Positions 7,535 to 16,040 of a stretch of 20,000 nt of DNA are shown one piece after another; position 1 is the first letter of the stretch, and each line of letters starts with the position of its first letter. The stretch lies in IMG/VR virus record IMGVR_UViG_3300050821_012144. One strand, given 5' to 3'. The notes beneath the pieces were generated by a model that searched no databases, was not told where the DNA came from, and was given only the letters and a program-made list of their open reading frames with translations. Both the position numbers and the translations under genes were made by a program. This stretch comes from an uncultured virus (IMG/VR IMGVR_UViG_3300050821_012144) (Duplodnaviria > Heunggongvirae > Uroviricota > Caudoviricetes).

Positions 7535-8833
7535 ATGACGGCTCCAACCAAAGATCCTAATCCGCAGAAGAGCGACCCTGCAGCCAATCGTGCGCTGGTC
7601 GAGCGTCTGAAGGCTCAAACGCTCGTACTTGGTTGGAAGATCAGTCCTTTCTTCATGCCTGGTCTGGCGCGAATTGAATTTCGTGCCGATGAACGCATCG
7701 CTACTGCATGCGTACAGATTAACGGCATTGTTAGATTCTCGCCAAAATGGGCCGCGACACTGAGTGACCCAGAAGTCAGATTCGTGATCGCTCACGAGAT
7801 CATGCACCTATTCATGATGCACCACGGTCGACGTGGTACGCGTAAGCACGGTAAATGGAACTTCGTTAATGACAAAATCATTAACTACAATCTCAAGGAG
7901 ATTGAAAAGACGCTGGTTGGCAATACGAAGCAGGATATTTTTCGTATGCCTAAGTGCGGTGTCATTGCAACTGACGCTGAAGCCGAGCTAACGTCGGAAG
8001 AACTCTACAACCAGACGCCTGATGATCCGGGTCTTGAAGGCCAAGATCCCGAACAGACTGTAGCGGGCAATGGCTGCGGTGTGATGGGCGATTCAGGTAG
8101 CGGCTCCAACGACGATGAGACGCCTCGGCACGAGGACGGTACACCACTAACGCGTGACGAAATCGAAGCAGCTAAGCGGCAGTGGCACGAAGCAGCCGTC
8201 CAAGCACAAATGGAAGGTCAGCGTGCCGGCGACGGTGCAGGCAATTTGCTCGCCAAGCTACTTAACGTACCTGAGCCAAAAGTCCGTTGGGGTGAAGTCC
8301 TCCGTGGAGCATTGAGTCGAGCGCTTGCAGCAGCAGGCCACGACGATGTCTCGTGGAGTAGGCGCTCACGGTGCTCGAATACGCAATTTATCTTCCCTGG
8401 TGGTGTGACGCATAAGTGCCGTGTGAGCGTCGTCATTGACACGTCTGGCTCAATGTCCGACGACGACCTGAACCGTGCTGTTGCTGAGACTACAGCCATT
8501 GTCAATCACACAAACGTACCCGTTTTCCTTGTCGTGCATGATGCGGGCGTCCAGGAAGCTTGTTGGATTCGTCCTGGTGGCAAGGGGAACGTGATCAAGT
8601 TTGTTTCTTCCAAAATGAAGGGCCGAGGCGGCACTTCATTCGATGAAGCCTACGAGCGTGTGGGCAAGGAGCGGGGGCGCTTTAATACAATGGTGCACTT
8701 GACCGATGGCGAAATTTGGGGAACTTGGCCTCCGAAGCCTGCCAACGTCCACCGTACGGTGGTTGCGCTGCTAGGGTCCAAGAATCATAAAGACGTGCCG
8801 GTTTACGCACGGGCTATCAACGTGGAGATTTAA
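7535..8833 (+). CDS. DUF2201-type metallopeptidase plus vWA-like domain protein
   Basis: N-terminal AHEIMH (HExxH) with downstream WN...D..IN; acidic/Gly linker; MIDAS DTSGSMS, GRGGTSF, LTDG. Confidence 0.9.
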   Translation: MTAPTKDPNPQKSDPAANRALVERLKAQTLVLGWKISPFFMPGLARIEFRADERIATACVQINGIVRFSPKWAATLSDPEVRFVIAHEIMHLFMMHHGRRGTRKHGKWNFVNDKIINYNLKEIEKTLVGNTKQDIFRMPKCGVIATDAEAELTSEELYNQTPDDPGLEGQDPEQTVAGNGCGVMGDSGSGSNDDETPRHEDGTPLTRDEIEAAKRQWHEAAVQAQMEGQRAGDGAGNLLAKLLNVPEPKVRWGEVLRGALSRALAAAGHDDVSWSRRSRCSNTQFIFPGGVTHKCRVSVVIDTSGSMSDDDLNRAVAETTAIVNHTNVPVFLVVHDAGVQEACWIRPGGKGNVIKFVSSKMKGRGGTSFDEAYERVGKERGRFNTMVHLTDGEIWGTWPPKPANVHRTVVALLGSKNHKDVPVYARAINVEI

Positions 8834-8835
8834 AT

Positions 8836-9096
8836 ATGGGCATGTTTGATACAGTAATGGTTCCTTGTCCGCGTTGCGATACGCCTAATGAATTTCAATC
8901 GAAATCAGGTGACTGTCTACTGGATGCTTATACACTAGAAAATGCTCCAGACGATGTTTTAGAGGGTATCCGTGGAGATGAAGAGCTGTGTCGTAAGTGC
9001 GGCACACTATTTACTGTTGAAATTACAGATACGCCACCAGCACGTCCGCGGCGGACATTATTTGCTCATGCAGTAATCAAACCTTCTTTGTTTTGA
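8836..9096 (+). CDS. small zinc-ribbon protein
   Basis: MGMFDTV..CPRC...FQSKSGDC...CRKCG, a pattern I recognise from phage hypothetical proteins. Confidence 0.75.
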   Translation: MGMFDTVMVPCPRCDTPNEFQSKSGDCLLDAYTLENAPDDVLEGIRGDEELCRKCGTLFTVEITDTPPARPRRTLFAHAVIKPSLF

Positions 9097-9120
9097 AATA
9101 GGAAACGCCAACCAAGCGTT
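9094..9120 (+). promoter_or_regulatory. putative ECF-sigma-type promoter TGAAAT-N17-CGTT
   Basis: TGAAAT 9094-9099, CGTT 9117-9120, ATG 8 nt later at 9129. Overlaps inverted repeat GAAACGC-N7-GCGTTTC (9102-9122). Confidence 0.7.
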
Positions 9121-9128
9121 TCAGGCTT

Positions 9129-9431
9129 ATGAAGAATACGCTTAACGAAAAATTGCTGTCGTTGGTTACGTTTGCGGAAAAACTCCTCGCAAATTCTGCT
9201 CTTATCGACAGTACATCCGAGGTCAAAGCACAGATGACGCTAAACGTTTCCAGCAAGGCAAATCGCTGCCAAATCGAGATTGTTGCCGATGATCAGCTAC
9301 TTGCCGGTTACCGAACCTTGTTCGTTGGCTACGGTTCTACCGAAGACGAAGCAATCGACAAGATCGTGGGGCAATTCCGCACACGTTGTGGCTCTGCTGC
9401 GAAGTTTCGTCGGCTGATGCAGTCTGTGTAA
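9129..9431 (+). CDS. hypothetical protein
   Basis: 100 aa ORF directly after the promoter motif. Confidence 0.75.
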   Translation: MKNTLNEKLLSLVTFAEKLLANSALIDSTSEVKAQMTLNVSSKANRCQIEIVADDQLLAGYRTLFVGYGSTEDEAIDKIVGQFRTRCGSAAKFRRLMQSV

Positions 9432-9437
9432 ATTTCC

Positions 9438-10187
9438 ATGGAAAATACTTTTCGATTTCGCCCCGGTTGGATCATTCGAGATCGTTCGAATGCAACTGGC
9501 GGTGTTCATTATACGCGTGAGCTTATCGAGGAGCACACCTCCCTCGACATGCGTCAGGTGACCGATCACAAGACCCGCAAGACCGTCGACAATGTTGAGA
9601 TCGTCCATGCCATGGACTCGTTGGTCAAGCGCGTAGACTATGTCCTCAGGAAGCATTGTACCCGTACAGAGATTGGCTGTTTTGCCGACGATGTCAGGCT
9701 TGCCAAAGTCCGTACCGAGGTCGACGAGCTTAAGCTTGAAGCTGTTCAGCTCAACAAAAAGGCCGCTAAGGCTAATTCCAAGCGTCGAGTTCAAATCGAC
9801 GTCGTGCCGCTGAAACTCGACTTGGCACAGCCCGAGGCAGTCAAAGAAATTGCTGCCACCGTTCGTGGTGTGCTCACTGCATTGCGAGATGCACTTCGAT
9901 GCGGTGATGTCGCCTCGATTCATAAGCTCAAGATCCGAGCAATTAATCTCGAACAGCTTGCAGTAGGTATCCAAAGCGATATCATCAGGTTTGCCGTCGA
10001 GCGGGCGTTGCAGGCTGCGTCTGAAATCAAGACAGCGATACGTGGCGCTGGCGATAAATCTACGCGGCAAGCAGCCCGACTTGCTGGTCGAGATCTGGAT
10101 CTCGACGCAATCGAGGCTGCCATTGCACATTTTACTTCTCAAGATGCGTTGAGTGATGCTAACAAAGGAAAAGAGGAAGCAGCATGA
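9438..10187 (+). CDS. helical hypothetical protein (possibly DUF3150-like, AAA-associated)
   Basis: 249 aa, RPG...GGVHY N-terminus and long amphipathic helices. Family assignment tentative. Confidence 0.75.
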   Translation: MENTFRFRPGWIIRDRSNATGGVHYTRELIEEHTSLDMRQVTDHKTRKTVDNVEIVHAMDSLVKRVDYVLRKHCTRTEIGCFADDVRLAKVRTEVDELKLEAVQLNKKAAKANSKRRVQIDVVPLKLDLAQPEAVKEIAATVRGVLTALRDALRCGDVASIHKLKIRAINLEQLAVGIQSDIIRFAVERALQAASEIKTAIRGAGDKSTRQAARLAGRDLDLDAIEAAIAHFTSQDALSDANKGKEEAA

Positions 10188-10393
10188 GGAACTATAACAA
10201 CAAGGACAAGTCGCGGCGGTATCGTGAGACCCGTAGTGAGACCACTAACCCGTGGATCAAGGACAAGGTCATCACCATGCTTCGCAGGGAGGCTACTACG
10301 GAGGCCGTGCTTAAGGCCTTCCCGGGTATCACCCGAGGCAATATTGCAGCGCTGCGAGCGCACCTGACTCGCGGCACGTACGATCTTTCGTGA
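10184..10393 (+). CDS. small basic hypothetical protein, possible HTH
   Basis: 69 aa, ATGA overlap; C-terminal ITRGNIAALRAHLTRGTY. Confidence 0.7.
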   Translation: MRNYNNKDKSRRYRETRSETTNPWIKDKVITMLRREATTEAVLKAFPGITRGNIAALRAHLTRGTYDLS

Positions 10394-10417
10394 AATATCG
10401 TTAGGCGGCTAAACGTT
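10391..10417 (+). promoter_or_regulatory. putative ECF-sigma-type promoter TGAAAT-N17-CGTT
   Basis: TGAAAT 10391-10396, CGTT 10414-10417, upstream of ATG 10468. Confidence 0.65.
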
Positions 10418-10467
10418 GCACAAACAGGCAACGAACGCCTAGATGAAAAGATAAAGGAATTAAGGCA

Positions 10468-11226
10468 ATGAAGAACTTTGCTGATTTGAAGGCCAGCTGG
10501 ACGCAGCGTCAAAAGATGATCGGGGACGCTTACGAGAAAATGATGACGGGTGATCGCATGTTGACTGAGGGCTGGATCGAGTACCAGCAGCTCACGCACG
10601 GCGAGAGCCCGACCGATGTCTCGGATCGTGTGAAGTCGGTTAAGACCGCTAAGGCACCAAGTAAGCCCCCAAGTATCATGATGTACGATTTGGGTAATGC
10701 GCCTGCATTCCCTTTCCCTGCTTCTCCAAAGAAGAATTTGAACGGACCTGTTACGAAGCGTGCTGACACGGCTGCAAATTCATTTGCTTGCCGCGTTCAA
10801 CCAAACGCTGATGGTAGCTATACCAAGAGCGACCGGGTTGGGGTACTGGCTGTGTATGACAATTTGCCCTTGCTCGTAGATAAGCGTCGGTTTCGCGCGT
10901 ACTACAACATCACGTTGAATCAGCTACGCGATTGGCGCAGTGCACTGCAGACGTTTCAGGATTCGACTGATAAGTCTTCGACGGATAAGCCGAGGAACAT
11001 GAAGTCTATGTACCCCGAGAGGGACGCGAAGTCTGCTGAGAAGGCTCTGAAGGTTGTAATCGCTGCCACCAAGAACGGTGGAATCACGACCAACGGTGTC
11101 AAGAAGGCAATTGGCAGGCCGTGGGAGATCACGTTCCGTGTCCTGACCCAGCTCAAGGATCAGGGAAAGATTACGCGCGGCGACGTTCACAACGGGGCCA
11201 CCTACAACTGGACGGTAGCTAAGTAG
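10468..11226 (+). CDS. putative DNA-binding protein (internal HTH-like and C-terminal winged-helix-like regions)
   Basis: YNITLNQLRDWR (HTH-like) and GITTNGVKKAIG...VLTQLKDQGKITR...ATYNW (wHTH-like). Confidence 0.65.
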   Translation: MKNFADLKASWTQRQKMIGDAYEKMMTGDRMLTEGWIEYQQLTHGESPTDVSDRVKSVKTAKAPSKPPSIMMYDLGNAPAFPFPASPKKNLNGPVTKRADTAANSFACRVQPNADGSYTKSDRVGVLAVYDNLPLLVDKRRFRAYYNITLNQLRDWRSALQTFQDSTDKSSTDKPRNMKSMYPERDAKSAEKALKVVIAATKNGGITTNGVKKAIGRPWEITFRVLTQLKDQGKITRGDVHNGATYNWTVAK

Positions 11227-11229
11227 CCC

Positions 11230-11260
11230 TTGACAGCATCTGCCAATTCCGGCTTAGATG
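11230..11260 (+). promoter_or_regulatory. putative sigma70-like promoter (TTGACA; -10 uncertain)
   Basis: TTGACA 11230-11235 right after a stop codon, 39 nt upstream of ATG 11269. Confidence 0.4.
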
Positions 11261-11268
11261 TCTCGCCA

Positions 11269-11970
11269 ATGTTGCGTACTAACAAACGCTACGCAGAGGG
11301 TGTCTACCCAGTCGCTGATCTGTCTAAAAACACCGTGCGCCTGCAGCTCTACAAGGAACACGTTGTATCGACACCGAGATGGGCTGAGACTATTACGCTA
11401 GCCGGACACGAAGCTGAGTATGAAGCCTCGTTGCTGTTTGATCATTTGCGTAGGGATCCAAGACTCAGTACCTTTGTAGACTGGGCTAAAGAGCCAACTA
11501 CGCGAGCAGCAATACTTACAGGATTTGATGGCCTTAAAGCTCGCTATCCTGGTGTGAACACAATTTGCGATGACATTGTTGAAGTCCTTCGGAACAAGCC
11601 CAAAGATGCTCGTATTGGATTTGCCTATCTTGATTTTATGGGACTACTGACACGTAAGTATGTTCAGCCAGCAATTGTCGAGACCTGCTTTAGGCTGGCA
11701 CCAAACGGTATTATAGCGTTGACGTTTTATGTTGGCCGCGAGAGTAGTATTCAGCACGCGGCACGGGATGTTTGGACCGCTGCTGGTGAAGATATCTGCG
11801 ATCCTGCAGCCATGAATGACGATACTCGATGGCGAGGTGTACGTGAGCTGGTGACAGGGCTCGCTAGGAGGGTTGGATGTAAGTTGGAGTTCGTGCAAGG
11901 CTGGACTTATACGCATCAGACTACTCGGACGCATTCCAAAATGAATTTGGCGATTTGGCGTAGAATTTGA
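11269..11970 (+). CDS. class I SAM-dependent methyltransferase-like protein
   Basis: Rossmann-like strand pattern ITLAG, TFVD, ICDDI, FAYLDFMG, RLAPNGIIALTF, terminal hairpin; substrate unknown. Confidence 0.6.
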   Translation: MLRTNKRYAEGVYPVADLSKNTVRLQLYKEHVVSTPRWAETITLAGHEAEYEASLLFDHLRRDPRLSTFVDWAKEPTTRAAILTGFDGLKARYPGVNTICDDIVEVLRNKPKDARIGFAYLDFMGLLTRKYVQPAIVETCFRLAPNGIIALTFYVGRESSIQHAARDVWTAAGEDICDPAAMNDDTRWRGVRELVTGLARRVGCKLEFVQGWTYTHQTTRTHSKMNLAIWRRI

Positions 11971-11998
11971 TGAAATAATGTAGGGTATTCAACTCGTT
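11971..11998 (+). promoter_or_regulatory. putative ECF-sigma-type promoter TGAAAT-N18-CGTT
   Basis: TGAAAT 11971-11976, CGTT 11995-11998, ATG 8 nt later at 12007. Confidence 0.65.
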
Positions 11999-12006
11999 GA
12001 GTCTAT

Positions 12007-12693
12007 ATGAGCATCAAATTCGATAAGATCGAGCCTGGCATGATCCTATTGGATATCCACAGCTATCGCATGGGTAACAGTACGATGCGCGAACTCGGCT
12101 TATGGAGGGTCCTTGGCATCGATCCTACGAAGATTAAATACACCTTCGTAATTGACACTGATACGTATTCAGGCAATTTCGAACGGCCGATTTTCTCATT
12201 CATCACAGGTATGAGTGAAAGCTGTGGCGAAAGAGCTTACGCAACTTATGAAGCAGAAGCAGCGCGTAAAGCCCTCAAGATTAAAGGCGAGTATGCAGCT
12301 GGACCCTTAGATGAGCTTGTAGAAGAGAGAATTAGAGATCCGGGCGATGACGGATATCATCGCTCGTATGTGAGCATTACCGTCACTCCTGGCTTCTATA
12401 ACGTTCACGGGGAACATTTCCCAGCTGCTTACTCAGGAAAGTTCAAGAAACAAAGTAACTGTTCCGACTGCAAAGAAGGAAAGCCAGCAGAGCAGCATCG
12501 CAAATGGCCTGCGTATCAAAGTGTTGCAATTTTTCTTCGTCGTCGCCCTACCGATGAAGAAATTAAGCTTATAAAGACTCGTGCACTGGCCTATAAGGAT
12601 TTTCCAAGGCAACATGAATGGGACGCACGGCCAAACATCATTGGCTTTCGGCTAGTTGTCTCTACGACCACGCACGAAAGTGAGACTTTGTGA
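12007..12693 (+). CDS. hypothetical protein, possibly chimeric
   Basis: 228 aa ORF with internal CxxC. Confidence 0.8.
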   Translation: MSIKFDKIEPGMILLDIHSYRMGNSTMRELGLWRVLGIDPTKIKYTFVIDTDTYSGNFERPIFSFITGMSESCGERAYATYEAEAARKALKIKGEYAAGPLDELVEERIRDPGDDGYHRSYVSITVTPGFYNVHGEHFPAAYSGKFKKQSNCSDCKEGKPAEQHRKWPAYQSVAIFLRRRPTDEEIKLIKTRALAYKDFPRQHEWDARPNIIGFRLVVSTTTHESETL

Positions 12694-12908
12694 TTACGAT
12701 AGTCCTCGTGATCAGCTGTAGCAAATGTAGCAAGAGCGACTTTGCTGATGGCACACTGTCACCGGGTCCATACAGGTCAACTACTTCCAACGACAGAACT
12801 TTTGACGATTATGCATTAGAAAGCCTAAAGGTAACGCTACCTGAAGGCTGGGAACGAGACAAATCGACGCCGCTTGGCGTTGGACATTTGTGTCCAAACT
12901 GTAAATAA
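12690..12908 (+). CDS. small CxxC...CxxC protein
   Basis: ISCSKC...LPEGW...HLCPNCK; GTGA overlap. Confidence 0.7.
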   Translation: MITIVLVISCSKCSKSDFADGTLSPGPYRSTTSNDRTFDDYALESLKVTLPEGWERDKSTPLGVGHLCPNCK

Positions 12909-12914
12909 TTCTCT

Positions 12915-13217
12915 ATGACTAATCATATTCTTGATTCCCTACCCAAGGCGCGGTCTAGCGCTGCAAGGTTTGTTCTGGAGCCGATTGCAGAGTATCTGGA
13001 TATGGAGGTCGACGAGCTTTTCGACGCTGTAGAGGCTGCAGTCAGCGCGTTGACATTGACGCCTAGTCCAGAAGGCTTCCGCGAGGCCGTGAGGTTGTTT
13101 GCTGAGCCCTACGCTATCCATATCGATGTACCGTGGGTCGACGTGGCGGACATGATTTTAGGGACTTTATCGTGGGACATAGACGTTCCTAAGACAGCTT
13201 TAGACAACTGGAAGTAG
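12915..13217 (+). CDS. acidic hypothetical protein
   Basis: 100 aa, packed in the operon. Confidence 0.7.
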   Translation: MTNHILDSLPKARSSAARFVLEPIAEYLDMEVDELFDAVEAAVSALTLTPSPEGFREAVRLFAEPYAIHIDVPWVDVADMILGTLSWDIDVPKTALDNWK

Positions 13218-13224
13218 CCTGACA

Positions 13225-14025
13225 ATGGCATTTGAGAAAACACTTACTTGGAACGATTCATACGGTCGTGCTGTAGCCCGCGAAATCTGGGCTATGGACG
13301 TGAAACGTAACGGTGAAGAGCCTATTAATAGCTTTGAGCCGTCTTCACGAATTGTCTGCGAGCTTCCAAGATACTCGACGTTTCAAGCGCACGACGAGGT
13401 TCATTTCTGGGTCGAGTACGTTGAGCCTGTCGTGATTTTGCCCCTCGATGAGCGGGGCAAGGTCAAATCAGATAGGTTGACGCCGCAGCTCGTGCATAAT
13501 CCTAAACGTGTCCACCGTACTGTCAAAGGTTCAGTCTGTAAGGTAGATATTGACACGATGACAGGCCTTATGACTAAAGGGATCAGAAACGGCGATGTTA
13601 CAGGGAAGACTGCAAGTCAAGCGCTTCACTATATCTACTGGACGACGTTCAGTAACTGGCCTGGTATTTCTTACCTAAAGCGATACGTAGGCTGCGATCA
13701 TGCAAGCAGCGTAGCGCACGGTGCCAGTAAGCCTTATGAGCCCGCCGATTTCGAGGAGCGTGAACGCACAGAGCAAATCAGGCACGCGATCGATTTGATC
13801 TGTGAGACCTATTCGGACGGTATGAAAGCTTATGCAGCCGGTAAGTATGCTGCGCAGGACCGCGATTTGTGCAACGCGGTATTGGCTATTGATTGTGTTG
13901 AGGGGCTTGAAGAGGAAGAAAAAGAGGCGCGTATAAAGTCTTTGTTGAAGGGGCTCGACAAGCAGTTTATGGAGTACGTCAAGAAGACTGAGTCACCGCG
14001 GTTTACGAAAGTGAGCTTCAGATGA
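13225..14025 (+). CDS. hypothetical protein
   Basis: 266 aa ORF. Confidence 0.8.
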   Translation: MAFEKTLTWNDSYGRAVAREIWAMDVKRNGEEPINSFEPSSRIVCELPRYSTFQAHDEVHFWVEYVEPVVILPLDERGKVKSDRLTPQLVHNPKRVHRTVKGSVCKVDIDTMTGLMTKGIRNGDVTGKTASQALHYIYWTTFSNWPGISYLKRYVGCDHASSVAHGASKPYEPADFEERERTEQIRHAIDLICETYSDGMKAYAAGKYAAQDRDLCNAVLAIDCVEGLEEEEKEARIKSLLKGLDKQFMEYVKKTESPRFTKVSFR

Positions 14026-14867
14026 AATTCGTCGACCTAGTTAATAAGGGGCAAGAGTTGGTTGCGTTCATTCGTGCCGAGCGTAAGCGGTATCGTGCGA
14101 AAGTCGAAACGAGTGTGCGTGACAGTGTAGGACCGAGTATTCGCGACAGTGTCGGACCTAGCGTACGCGACAGTGTCGGACCTAGCGTACGCGACACCAA
14201 CGCCGATGTTAAGCGAACGGCTGAAGTTGTTTCCGGTGTCTTGCGCGATGAAGAAAAAACGCCGTACCGGATCTATATGGAGCACTTTGGACCCGGTACC
14301 GTATTCGTTAAATTGGAAATCGGCACAAGTAGTTGCGCTACAATCCAATGGGACAATTTCGTCAAGATCATGACGAGGCTAGATCCAGAGCATGCAACTG
14401 GACCAGAGCGACAGATTCTGGGTTTACGGATGCAGCTGTCGCACGCTAACGGCAAAGTTATCGATCTAGGGATCAGCGAGCAACAACTAAGGTCGCAGCT
14501 TCTGGGTTTACGGATGCAGCTGTCGCACGCTAACGGCAAAGTTATCGATCTAGGGATCAGCGAGCAACAACTAAGGTCGCAGCTCAACGACCAAATTGAT
14601 GAGACTGACAAATTAAACAACGCGCTTACGGCGTGTTCGGAGCGAGCTGATAAAGCCGAACGCGCACTCGATGACGCCAAGACACAACTGCGAATGATGA
14701 TGTACGGCGATGATGTAGACAATGACTATATTGGTGCGCCTAAACTACCCTTAGACCGTAACCTGACCCGAGTCAACATGCTAACTAAGCTTCTTGATGA
14801 ACGGGATCAACTAAGGTCGAAGATAGATGAGCTGGAGAAGAATCAAGTGGAGAAGGCGCAGAGATAA
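14022..14867 (+). CDS. coiled-coil protein with two internal repeat expansions
   Basis: 281 aa; (SVRDSVGP)x3.5 and an exact 28-aa duplication; heptad-rich C-terminus. Confidence 0.8.
   Translation: MKFVDLVNKGQELVAFIRAERKRYRAKVETSVRDSVGPSIRDSVGPSVRDSVGPSVRDTNADVKRTAEVVSGVLRDEEKTPYRIYMEHFGPGTVFVKLEIGTSSCATIQWDNFVKIMTRLDPEHATGPERQILGLRMQLSHANGKVIDLGISEQQLRSQLLGLRMQLSHANGKVIDLGISEQQLRSQLNDQIDETDKLNNALTACSERADKAERALDDAKTQLRMMMYGDDVDNDYIGAPKLPLDRNLTRVNMLTKLLDERDQLRSKIDELEKNQVEKAQR
14112..14195. repeat. 24-bp tandem repeat, about 3.5 copies
   Basis: Units at 14112, 14136, 14160 and partial 14184, encoding SVRDSVGP/SIRDSVGP. Confidence 0.9.
14417..14584. repeat. exact 84-bp tandem duplication
   Basis: 14417-14500 is identical to 14501-14584 (tctgggtttacgg...aggtcgcagct). 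Confidence 0.95.
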
Positions 14868-14869
14868 AA

Positions 14870-15139
14870 ATGTTCAAAGTGCCAGACGATCTCTACAACG
14901 ACCCGATTTATGGGCATAAGCCAGGAGGACCGTCGGTTCGGCTAGATCCGTGTTGCGAGACTATGCGTGAACTCATGGTGGATCACGCCAAGCATACGCA
15001 CTGTTCTGGCTGCGGTACATGTATCGCATCCACCATGAAGTGGGTGCATCAGTGGTGTGACAACTGTCGTGTACGTATCATGGCCGCGTTGCCTACAGGC
15101 GCAACGATTCCATGGGACGTTTACAAGACGAAAAGGTAG
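14870..15139 (+). CDS. Cys-rich zinc-binding hypothetical protein
   Basis: HCSGCG...WCDNC. Confidence 0.7.
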   Translation: MFKVPDDLYNDPIYGHKPGGPSVRLDPCCETMRELMVDHAKHTHCSGCGTCIASTMKWVHQWCDNCRVRIMAALPTGATIPWDVYKTKR

Positions 15140-15142
15140 TCA

Positions 15143-15358
15143 ATGCTAGTTCTAACCGACACATCCATTCCGCCACTAGGCGTCGCTGATATGCTACTGG
15201 GAACCACCACAGATTCAGTCGAACGGTTCGCATTCTGGCTACAAAGCCATGATGAGCCTTTGGCACCGCGGTTCTGGCGTACAGCAGTGTTGCGGGAATG
15301 TCTACCTGATCCCGAACGCCTAGACTTTGTATTCGAATCATATTTCTTGAAAGGCTAA
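15143..15358 (+). CDS. hypothetical protein
   Basis: 71 aa, packed in the operon. Confidence 0.6.
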   Translation: MLVLTDTSIPPLGVADMLLGTTTDSVERFAFWLQSHDEPLAPRFWRTAVLRECLPDPERLDFVFESYFLKG

Positions 15359-15365
15359 GAGGGAA

Positions 15366-16040
15366 ATGCGTGTAGCGCTGCAAGCTTGGTACGACGAGTG
15401 GTTGAAGGAACATGAGGATACGGACCTGATTTACGTAGGGCGTGATGCGAATAAGCGTGCACAACTGCCTCAGGTTCACTTCGTACGTGATACGTTATCA
15501 GGCCTACTTTGGGCCGATACGCTCTATGATGACTTGCCTCGCGAACCTCCTCCGCGCAAGGGCTGCCGCCTGACTGCATGGGTGATCAGCGAGCACCGTT
15601 CAAAGAGCGTTCGCTTGCCTGTTTACTCATTGGAGCGGCCTGATAAGAACATTCGATTTATCCTGCGCGATAACTACTACAACTGGAAACTATCCGTTGT
15701 GAGCGACGAGCCAATCGAGCACGATTTGTTCCCGTACCTATTCCACACGACACCACCACTTGAGCCAGACTATACTGGCAATGAACTGGCCAAATGCTAT
15801 TTCGAGGGATTTCCCGAGAACTTGATTTTCGACTATCACTGCAAGAACCCTTGTAGATGGTCAGCGGAAATCGCTGAAGATAAGCGCCTATGGACGACTA
15901 TTATGCTCTGTATGAAGCAACTGGGCGTAGTCAAGCCTAGGACCTGGACGACACGCGAGAGTCATCAGGCATTCTTTGCAGCCTCTGATGCTGCACGTAA
16001 GCGCCGTGAGGTACGAGAGGCGGCAGAAAAGAATCTATGA
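15366..16040 (+). CDS. conserved phage-type hypothetical protein
   Basis: 224 aa with VISEHRSKSVRLPVY and LRDNYYNWKLSV motifs; GAGGG RBS upstream. Confidence 0.8.
   Translation: MRVALQAWYDEWLKEHEDTDLIYVGRDANKRAQLPQVHFVRDTLSGLLWADTLYDDLPREPPPRKGCRLTAWVISEHRSKSVRLPVYSLERPDKNIRFILRDNYYNWKLSVVSDEPIEHDLFPYLFHTTPPLEPDYTGNELAKCYFEGFPENLIFDYHCKNPCRWSAEIAEDKRLWTTIMLCMKQLGVVKPRTWTTRESHQAFFAASDAARKRREVREAAEKNL

Noticed and set aside
9297..10142. 281-aa minus-strand ORF
   Set aside because: Shadow of 9438-10187, which fits the coupled + strand operon.
10380..10445. c-di-GMP-I riboswitch or SECIS element
   Set aside because: Only a short GGCTAAAC resemblance; the GNRA-capped stem and GCAAA junctions are missing, and there is no redox-motif context for selenocysteine.
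14112..14584. CRISPR array
   Set aside because: Repeats are head-to-tail without unique spacers and lie in frame within a CDS.
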